DNA of 63,481 nt, the filler included, from Phoronis australis (lineage: Eukaryota > Animalia > Phoronida): the NCBI GenBank assembly GCA_002633005.1. It is 11 parts of 11 records of this genome, joined end to end, with 100 filler letters (N's around TTAATTAATTAA, not from the genome) between each part and the next. Parts side by side here need not be neighbours in the genome. Positions count along the whole stretch, not along the records: positions 24,233 to 30,543 come from NMRA01000764.1; positions 30,644 to 37,002 come from NMRA01002173.1; 9 more parts are not named here. The stretch is one strand, 5' to 3'. Shown piece after piece: positions 24,524 through 33,874 of the stretch. Positions within the stretch are counted from its first letter, which is position 1; each line of letters starts with the position of its first letter. The notes beneath the pieces are model-generated. The model made no database searches. It was not told the DNA's origin and saw only the letters and a list, made by a program, of their open reading frames with translations. Made by a program: the position numbers and the translations under genes.

Positions 24524-24935
24524 GGGAGACAGAGACAATAAAGTTGGTCAGTAATTACATTGAAGATTGTTGTGTCGAGACAACCGATGAGTCTTTTGAA
24601 CTTAATCAACAATCTTCTGTAGGTAATTATAAAGTGCAGCATAAACTAGAACATTTTTGCTTTAACAATCAAAACGATTATTCTCCGTGATTTTTTAAAT
24701 TTTTGCTCTAACAGAGATTGAATGAAGGTTAAAATTAATGTTGTTAAATGTCAATTTCATCAATGTATTTGGTCTATACTTTAAATTAACAGTTTTATAT
24801 TTATTTTTGACTTGTGTGTTTGTTTGAAGTGAAAGCTGTTTAGATTATTTTCTATTGGTATTATTTTCCTCATCAAAATTATTTGTTGAATGACTTGAAA
24901 GCCACAATGCACTTTTAAATTATTATGCTTGTGTA

Positions 24936-25416
24936 ATTAGAAAACGGACAAAGAAGTTCGTGTTAACTCAACGTTTCATCTTATTCAACAAGACATCATC
25001 AGGATATGTACAGTAGGACAACAAGTGTCAATTATCATTCAGCACAACACATCCGACAAAAGTAACATTTATAGGCATTGTATTAGCAACAACCATCAAG
25101 CCAATTCAGTCAGTATTATTTGTAAAAAACATACTAAGGAATTACTGTATATCAAGGAGTCATTGGCCATTCAGGATCAGCATGCTACTGATTCTCTCAA
25201 TAACATGCAGAGCTCAGTGACCCTGCAACTATGGTAATGACCCGCTTACTTTCCCTGTATCTCTCACTCTCATTTCACCACATGGATGTGACCTGAATGA
25301 TAATTGACACTTGTTGTCCTGCTGTACATATCCTGATGATGTCTTGTTGAATAAGACGAAACGTTGAGTTAACATGAACTTCTTTATTTGTGTGCGGCAA
25401 TTGTTCGTTTTCTAAT
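24936..25416 (+). mobile_element. Penelope-like retroelement 3' fragment with inverted terminal (pseudo-LTR) repeat
   Basis: ~93-bp inverted repeat (24950-25042 / 25293-25385) flanks a frame ending KSNIYRHC..NNH...LLYIKESLAI...SLNNMQSSVTLQLW*, typical of the PLE GIY-YIG C-terminus. Confidence 0.8.
25325..25372 (+). ncRNA. Minimal type I hammerhead-ribozyme-like motif (PLE type); inverted copy at ~24963-25010
   Basis: CTGATGA (25333-25339), stem II GTCTT..AAGAC, GAAA (25358-25361), then CGTT. Helix I is weak (2 bp). Confidence 0.6.
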
Positions 25417-25630
25417 CGAATTTGGGCCAAAAAATGATGTGATTAAGGTTGTGTAGAATCCTAGACAAATGTCCAAATTTGGCCAAAGTTCGGAACATCA
25501 TGTCTCGGTGATGGTTTGTAGGATTTTATGAAACTTTCAGATACGTTTTGCAGGTAAGAAGACTTAGGGCTATCAAATGGTTGGACTTGTATGATATTCA
25601 TAAAAAGCTCTAAGTTGTTGATGATTGCAG

Positions 25631-25724
25631 ATATTAAAAGATCAGTTAAAGAAAGCCAAGTCTGGTCAGCCTGTTGATGAGAATGAGATCCCTCCTGCTG
25701 TTCATGTGGGTAAACCTGCACCAG
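25631..25724 (+). CDS. CC2D1: CC2D1 / lethal(2) giant discs-like exon, end of a DM14 repeat (ILKDQLKKAKSGQPVDENEIPPAVHVGKPAP)
   Basis: ttgcag acceptor, gtgagt donor. Resembles the recalled CC2D1B TLESQLASVRRGRKINEDEIPPPVALGK. Confidence 0.8.
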
Positions 25725-25974
25725 GTGAGTACCTGCACCAGGTGAGTGTTAATGATGTAGATGTGTGTATGCAGACACAGATAAGTAGTACCTGTTTGAA
25801 AGCATTAAGTTACTAAACTTTGACTGAATGTGCCCCGAGTTAAAGGTGCATACATTGTCATAAACAGGGCGCTGTAAAAGTAATCTGAAAAATGTCTCAG
25901 AATCCCCTGTTATGTTGGCCGAATTCAATTGAAATTCTCCTCCTTGTGATTGGCGAGGCATTGCATGTCTTAGG

Positions 25975-26168
25975 ACTAAAGCAGTACTTATTATGACCAC
26001 TAAAGCAGTACCTATTATGACCACTAAAGCAGTACCTATTATGACCACTAAAGCAGTACCTATTGTGACCACTAAAGCAGCACCTATTGTGACCACTAAA
26101 GCAGTACCTATTGTGACCACTAAAGCAGCACCTATTGTGACCACTAAAACAGTACCTATTATGACCAC
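25975..26168. repeat. 24-bp minisatellite, 8 copies (ACTAAAGCAGTACCTATT(A/G)TGACC)
   Basis: Direct tandem copies. They explain the spurious ORFs 25749-26168 and 25993-26202. Confidence 0.95.
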
Positions 26169-26633
26169 TTGTTTACTTTTTATGCCCCCACATTTACATT
26201 AATTTTGTGTGTACATATTGTCATCATCTCTGAGCCTCCATTGTCTGAACGTGCGTTGCTGTACCTCCTAAACCCCTTGCAAGATCTTATTGAGGTTTTG
26301 CAGATGTGTATCTTCTGCTGTGCCCTTTAGTGGTAATTTTTGTTTTTACATTTACCTCAGTCTAGTCTATCTTCGGAGTTCTTTAGTTTGTAGACTTTTG
26401 GCCTACATGTTTCTATTGAGAAGAAGAGGACGCCTTCTCATTTTTTAACAGATTCATGTTATTTTACATCACCTGGTGAATATTTTAAAAAAGTTTATGG
26501 TCTGTTTTTTAACAAGTGCCACTTTATCGATAAAAACCCTTGAAGGATTACCTTGAAAATTCAGGTAGATGCATTCCTACTGAGAAGACCGTAACTAATA
26601 TTGATGTTCAGATAGGTTTGACTACTCTACTGC

Positions 26634-26786
26634 TCCCACCATCCCCTATAATCACCCTTTCACCACCATCTCCATCTCCTATAATCACCCTTTCACCTCC
26701 ATCTCCGTCCCCTGTAATCACCCTTCCACCACCATCTCCAGCCACTGTAATAATACTTCCACCACCATCTCTAGCCCCTGTAACCT
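26634..26786. repeat. ~33-bp minisatellite (CCACCATCTCC...CCTGTAATCACCCTTC), ~4.5 copies
   Basis: Tandem units immediately upstream of an acceptor site. Confidence 0.8.
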
Positions 26787-26803
26787 TCTATTCTCTTTGG
26801 CAG

Positions 26804-26920
26804 CACAAACAGCTCCACCACCATCTGTACCAGCCGTTAGTTCTGTACCAGCCGTTAGTTCTGTACCAGCCGATAGTTCTGTACAGCAGCCTACTCAAAC
26901 ACAACGTGCAGCGGATAAAG
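26804..26920 (+). CDS. CC2D1: Probable next CC2D1 exon, Pro/Ser-rich linker (AQTAPPPSVPAVSSVPAVSSVPADSSVQQPTQTQRAADK)
   Basis: Pyrimidine tract + ggcag acceptor, GT donor, 117 nt. Phase 1/1 is compatible with the 25724 donor. Contains an 18-bp tandem repeat. Confidence 0.6.
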
Positions 26921-27410
26921 GTGATTATTTCTTCCATGTCTATAGCAACTACTCAACACCATACAATCCTTTCTCTCTCTGTTTGCTCATGCACTTCCAA
27001 TAGTCACTTGGTCAGTTTTCCTTGTAGTAGTGAGAAGATTTAGTTGTTTATGTTAGAACTGTGCAATCGCTCTGTTTCATTTTTTTTCTGATTCCTTTTC
27101 CTTAGTCGGATTCCAAGTATTTTGATTCTTTCTTATCAGGATGCTGTGTCTTGTTATACTAAATTTACATTTCAGTATTAATATTTCTGAATAATTATTT
27201 AATTATGTCAAAATGCTCACCCTAAAACTGCAGTAAGCTATTTATGGTAGTGGGTATCAGCCATTATTTTTATGGCTTGCAAACATGTCGCAACCTTTTT
27301 TCGTGGGATGTGAACGTAAATGCAGACAAATTTTCAGTCCTATATTTTTGTATTAGTGCGCGCCGAATGAAAGTAATCGTGAGTGTTGCTGTGTTGCAAA
27401 ATCTCTTATC

Positions 27411-27827
27411 CTAGATAGATTGGGTATAAGACACGTCATTCAAATTTTGACGGGCCACTGCAACCTAGCCCGACACAGACACATTACTGGGCATATGGGG
27501 AGCCCTGTGTGTCCCGAATGTGGTACTGACGTAGAATCTCCTAAACACCTGGTAGAGTCTTGCCCAGCTTTTTTTAGGCTAAGGAGCAACCTACTGGATG
27601 GCATTGTTACATGCCTACAACATATAGTGCATGGCAACAAATGGAAACGTCTGTCCGTTTACCTAAAGGAGACTGGCAGACTTGAAAACTTTATTCACGA
27701 GGAGCCATAATTGGGGTCTCGTGCCTTTGCTCAGGTGTTTCGTGCAATGGGCCCAACCATGAGGCCTGCGCACGTCTGATGCACCGCAAATGACATCAGA
27801 CCACCTGCACTTTTTTTTTTTTTTTTT
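27411..27827 (+). mobile_element. 5'-truncated non-LTR retrotransposon 3' end (LOA/R1-like), copy 2
   Basis: Near-identical to 5110-5510. CCHC knuckle, same 3'UTR, followed by a T17 run. Confidence 0.85.
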
Positions 27828-30643
27828 AAACAGCTGAAGGCCATCTTACCTTTTCAGTCACTAAATAGAATATGAAACCAATTAAGTACGGTTATTTGGG
27901 ACAACAAAACAAATCAATAGTTACCGTATGAACGTTTAATTGCGTTTAATTACATCTCTGCCCTCGTCCGGTCACATTAACAGACATGACAGGACACGTG
28001 TTTTGTCGCTTCGAGAACACTACGCTCGCACGAGCACATTTGCGTACGGCGTTACTGAGGCAATAGTAAATTTTAAACGGGATTTGTGATCAAATTTGTT
28101 TACTTGACTTATTATGTAAGGATTTTGGAACCCTTTTAGAAGAATTCATTAAAAATAATTCTATTTTCGACCTACTTAGCTCATCCTAAAATGAAAAAAT
28201 AAGAGTGAATGAGGTTTACCGGTAATTTCGGGACTAAACGGTAGGTGACAGCCCCGGAAGGATATTCAGCAGTTACTTGATGGTTTTATCAATAAAAATG
28301 CACAGATGTGTAGCTCTTTGGCCTTCAAAAAGATGAATATCTCGTTTGAAAAATCACCGGGAAAATGCCTACAAAGACAAATTTTGGTTATGATTAGCAA
28401 CGGCCGTAGGCCGCGAGCCAGTGGCTTGCCCTGAGCCTGCTGGGCGATATTCCCCTGTTAACTTAATTTCCGTGTTTAAGAGGTGATAATTTGATATGCC
28501 TCCAGGTGCATGATCCTTATTATGTGCGCTGAAACGGTACAGGTTGGATTCCAGAATGCCCAACTCCCCATAATGACTATACGAGCATGCGCTGCACCTT
28601 GCACGAGGTGTTTGTTCAATGCCTACATGTATGCATAGTGCATTCTGCCCCCGAGCCCCCCCTGGGTGAGCGCATATGGTAGTCAGAAATTCCCACCACG
28701 AACTACCAAATGGTATCTGGGAAAGGTTTAGGGGGGGCATGGCCCGCGTGGCCCCCTCCCCCTAAGTCTGCCACTGCTACCGTATGTCGCAACAATTGAA
28801 AAACGTCAACTATATCCGAAAACATTTTCACTGATCTATCACCGTGCTGAATAGGTAGAAATGACCAATTCGCCGATGGATCAGATGTACACTGAGAGTA
28901 AATATCTATACAAAAAGCTAGCCTGGTCCGTCACGAGACCAAAAGTATATTTGTGGTTATTATCCCTATAAAAATCGACCTGTCTCGGGACCAAAAAGTA
29001 CTGACTGATGTAAAAAAATTTACAAAGCACACAGTGGTAAAAGCATTTCACAAGACCAGTTTGCCAAGGGACCAGACGTACACTGAGAGTCAATATCTTT
29101 ACCTGGTCCATCAAGAACAGTGGCGNCCACTGAAGAAAAAAACAGTTCACTATGCTAAAAATATTTGATCTAGAGAGTATATGTATCAAGCGTACAATAT
29201 AAGAATTTTTACCAAAAAATGTCAATTTCAAAAATAACAGAGCGTTAATTTGTAATGTTAAATATCAGTTTGTGGAAACCGTTCCTGGCTGTCCCACCAA
29301 TCATTTAATGAAGTGAAACGAGGCAGTCAGCTTGTAGTTCGGTTTTTCCCGTTTTGTGAAGCGAAGAATCATTTACAGCCGTTCAACATCCCAAAAAGCC
29401 TGTTCAATTTTTTCACGAATCAATGACTCCGTAAAATGTGACGTATTCGGTAAATGCGGAGTATGAAAATACGCAGCAGGTATATGCATGTGCAGTAAAA
29501 TAATTCTTCTGGAAAATGAAAATAAAATCACTCTGGAAGTACTGCGTCGACATTAATGAATCCGTGAAAAAAAATCACCAAGGAGTTAACTATAAAATCA
29601 TAACGTTCTGTGGGTAAATGAATATGTGAAATGCAAAGAACCTAAATCCAAATAATGCAGTGAATCAATGAATATAAAAGCAACTGCATATAATGAATCC
29701 ATGAAATGCGAAGAAATATTGAAAATTGACGATTTTACGAACAAGTGATTTCGTAATATCTACAGCGATCAAACTAGGGTTCAATACTCGTCTTGCGGCC
29801 AGAAAATCTAGCTGTACGAGTTGTACTCAATCGAAAGAAATGACGTTGAAAGTCGGAAAACTTGCAACAAAAACGACAGTCTGTCCGCCAATTGTTTGAG
29901 GGACCACTGCCCCAAAGACAAATTTCTGTTCAAGAATCAAGAATGACGAACGACCTGTATCTAAATTTGTGTTGCCCTACAGTATGTGGTTTAGTTTTCG
30001 AAAGTATCCATTCATATGCAATTCCCACGAAGATGTCTCCGTTTTATTCACTGCTGGATCACATGTGGCACGATTTTACATTGAGAACACTCTTTCGCTA
30101 CGCAGTAGGCCTATCTCTAAAAGGCGGGTTTATTGGTGTGGATTATGTAACTACATGTACGTGGTTACCTGGTTGTTGCACTTCGATGACTTGGTTGAAT
30201 TTGAAAATTTCTTCTTCAGCAGTTGTGACTTGAAAATTATTTCGGATGTACTTTGAACAAATACTGTTACAACGGTCTCTACTGAAGTGCTCGTAGTTTA
30301 TTGGAAAGTACAATAACTCCTTCCGAGAAGTAATAGAAAATGACCAATTGACTTTATTTTCCCTTTGATTGGGAAGCCATGCTGTGTCAGAATGCGGCCA
30401 TTCCCTTGAGGGCGCACCGTGATAAGTTTGTCTTACCAGATACATGAAGGACGACACAGGTGCATAACTTCCGTTATTAATTACATTTTGGTCTGGCTGA
30501 TACTTGCTGTTACAGAAAACATCCTGACAGTTACCGGTTTCGGNNNNNNNNNNNNNNNNNNNNNNNNNNNNNNNNNNNNNNNNNNNNTTAATTAATTAAN
30601 NNNNNNNNNNNNNNNNNNNNNNNNNNNNNNNNNNNNNNNNNNN

Positions 30644-30677
<34 letters not shown>

Positions 30678-30736
30678 TACATACATACATACACATACAT
30701 ACATACATACATTCATACATACATATAATTCATACA
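30644..30736. repeat. (CATA)n/(CA)n microsatellite
   Basis: Seen directly. Confidence 0.95.
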
Positions 30737-31699
30737 TTTTTTGGCATTTCTGTCTTTTTCTTTATATTTTGACCTTTCTGCTTACCTCCAATTGAAAAAA
30801 AACAATCACACAATCTGATTGTTTGGCATTGAAAACACAAGAATCCATAGCAAAATCTCGTTATAATTAGATCAAAGTCTTTATGCAGTATAGATTCTGG
30901 TTATCAGCGGTGAATTCTTGTCAGCCATCTTTTATTCTAAAAAGGCCAAGGGTAAGTGATCACTCAGTCTCATTTGAATGAACACATCAAATTCTACCAG
31001 AAAATGTCACAGATGTAAGGACCAAACTTTGCAAGGTTCTTAGGTCCGACCACTAACCATTAATATGTTAATTTGAAAATGCTCGAGTGACTGATTGCCG
31101 CCATAGACTTGACGAAGGAAATTTTTCCATCACCAGCATGAGTTGGTACACTAAATAGACTTTAATACCAAGTTGTTATTTTAATCCGTGATATTGTAGA
31201 AATTGTTCAGAAATTACTCTAGTTGCAATTTTTCAGAATGTAATATATATCACTCACGAAACTTTCAAAAACAAATCCGTCACACGACACCAGTTTCACG
31301 CAGGGATCTCTGTAACGCACTCGCACTGGACAGGGCACGATTTAGAAGGAAGCTTTCTAAAGTATTGCGAACTGAACTAACCACACTAGTGCGATAAAGT
31401 CATTCTACGAAGTACCGTTGTTGTTGTTTTTTTAAAGTAAAATGCGTTACGTACGTCAGCATGGAAATCACATTGAGTTCGTTTTAATCTGAAGTATTAC
31501 AACGTTTTATGGCAAGCAAATTCCTCGAGTATCCTAATCTCCATTCACACGCATGGTGCATAATAACTCGTCATGGTGTGTTGAAATCGCAACTAATGGT
31601 ATCGTTGTTCGAAGTCAATTGTCGTTCATTTTGAATATGATTGATTATTTTGCGTGTTTTATTCATTCGAAAATATGCGACATTGTAAAACGCATAACT

Positions 31700-32557
31700 T
31701 ATTTTATACCACAGTATTAGCCTCAAATGGCAGATATAACCGTGTAATAACCCATAAAGTTATCTCACTAGTGAGATAACGATTTGGCGGGAAACCGAGG
31801 ACGGGGTCGAACCCGGGACCCTAATATTGCTGGTCGCCGACTTTACCACTACACCACGCAGCGACTGACGTCATCAAGAGTGAAAATAGAATACTTAAAT
31901 GAGCACGCGCAATAATCGCACGTTCAACAAACCGCATTGTACTGTACTTATACGCTACGAAAAATAAGACACATAATTTCCATAAAAATGATATCTTAAT
32001 TCGGTGAAATTTTTCTCTCATGTCCTCTTACNNNNNNNNNNNNNNNNNNNNNNNNNNNNNNNNNNNNNNNNNNNNNNNNNNNNNNNNNNNNNNNNNNNNN
32101 NNNNNNNNNNNNNNNNNNNNNNNNNNNNNNNNNNNNNNNNNNNNNNNNNNNNNNNNNNNNNNNNNNNNNNNNNNNNNNNNNNNNNNNNNNNNNNNNNNNN
32201 NNNNNNNNNNNNNNNNNNNNNNNNNNNNNNNNNNNNNNNNNNNNNNNNNNNNNNNNNNNNNNNNNNNNNNNNNNNNNNNNNNNNNNNNNNNNNNNNNNNN
32301 NNNNNNNNNNNNNNNNNNNNAAAGCCGTGGAGAGTCAGAAAAGGTAAATCGATTCATTGCAATGTTTCTCGTTTAGTATGTAGTATAAATAGATTATTAC
32401 ATGTTCTCAGCCGTTATCCCCCTTATCTAGAGCCCTCGTGGATTTTGGAGAATTATCACCCTCGGGGCTAACGCCCCTCGGGCGATAATTCACCAAAATC
32501 CACTCGGGCTCTAGATAACGTGGGATAACGACTTCGCCATGTAATAATCTATATTTA
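31700..32557. mobile_element. Hairpin-ended non-autonomous element (Crypton-like architecture), copy 1, spanning a 289-N gap
   Basis: ~164-bp imperfect palindrome at 32389-32552. 31884-32031 and 32321-32552 recur inverted at 50402-50551 and 49861-50092. Confidence 0.7.
31785..31865 (-). other. tRNA-derived sequence (Pol III A and B boxes), not an intact tRNA
   Basis: Minus strand GTGGTGTAGTGGT (A box) ... GGTTCGACCCC (B box). Acceptor and anticodon stems pair poorly. Confidence 0.65.
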
Positions 32558-32892
32558 TTACACTCTTGCAATGCATTACAACGTTTTATCACAAACACAA
32601 GGCCAAGGCGAGATGCGATTAAAGTCGACTTGACGTAGTAAAATCCAGTCAGGGTGAATCTCTAATGACTTGGCGAGTTCTGCCTGAGAAATCAATTACT
32701 GTTCTTGCATTATTGGTAATTAATACCTGATGAATTCTTTATGATACAGTAGCCGTGTTGCTTTTATGTATTGGGAAGAGTGTGATCGAGTGAAACTGAA
32801 CCAGTAAATACAAAAAAAAATATTCGGATAAACCGTCACGATACGCCATGATTCATCGTTTCAGCTAAATGTTGCCTACTCAGAGGGTTAAT

Positions 32893-33008
32893 ATATGTGT
32901 GCGTGTGCACGTGTGTGTGTGTGCGTGTGTATGTGTGTGTGTGTGTGTGTGTGCGTGTGTGCATGCGCGTGCGTTTGTGCATCTATATATGTATATATAT
33001 ATATGTAT
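32893..33008. repeat. (GT)n/(TA)n compound microsatellite
   Basis: Seen directly. Explains ORF 32897-33082. Confidence 0.95.
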
Positions 33009-33874
33009 CCGTGTGCGGTAAACTGAGTCACAACTTCATCATTGGAAATGATCGGACAGCGACACGATTACTTGAATGTTAAATGCAGGCTTTGATATGG
33101 GACCATTTCCGATCGGGTATTGGTATATTTAGAGTGTGCCAAAAGTACTTTGAAATATGAATACCAGAAATCATTTCACTGGGAACTTATGTTGGTTTCT
33201 GTATTCTAGAAGTTCAACAGTTTTTCTTGCAAGGCACAGAAATTAGGAAAAAAAGCCATCGATCACTTTAATTGCAGAGAAGTCCCGATTGGATTTTGCA
33301 AATTCCACAACCTACTCAGTTCTAGAACATTGCATTCTATCCAATCACAATTTCCACAATCAACAGTAAAACATAGAAAAAAGTATTGTTCCCATCTCGG
33401 GGCACCAGTTTGTCCTCTGAAAATCCTCGATAACTGTATTGGAACGGCACAACTGGTTGTGGTAGGTGCGAAACTCGTCACGTGTTCTCTGCAGTAAGAG
33501 TCAACTGGGGCTTTTCTAGCTTGACCGCAAGACGAACTTTATGACCCTTAGAAAACGAAAAACACCATTAGTTCACATTTAGACCATTTCCATATTTTCA
33601 TATTATATTTTAGTGTGTGAAAGTTTTTCAGGACACACTGTATATTATTGATATGGGCTCATTTTTTGGTATTGTAATAAATTATGCGCGTTTAGTTGAC
33701 AACTTGTAGGTTTACTTCTGCACTTGTTTTCAACATTTCAAGGGTTGGTCTGCATGATATTTATTATTTAGGTCGAATCTTAACCTTGATCAAAGTTGTC
33801 CATACCTAACATATGGCTTTGTGTTCCAACTCGGGTTGACAGCAGGAGTGCTGTGAATAGCCCATTTATGCATA

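Noticed and set aside
24233-26168. 41-bp and 24-bp repeats as CRISPR arrays
   Set aside because: The units are directly adjacent with no unique spacers, there are no cas genes, and the context is an animal intron.
26540-27043. 167-aa Pro-rich ORF
   Set aside because: It reads through a 33-bp minisatellite. The splice-supported exon is in a different frame (26804-26920).
31785-31865. Functional tRNA gene
   Set aside because: A and B boxes are present, but the acceptor and anticodon stems do not pair properly and the unit sits inside a repeat.
32004-32471. ORFs running through N tracts (also at each spacer)
   Set aside because: Artefacts of translating Ns.
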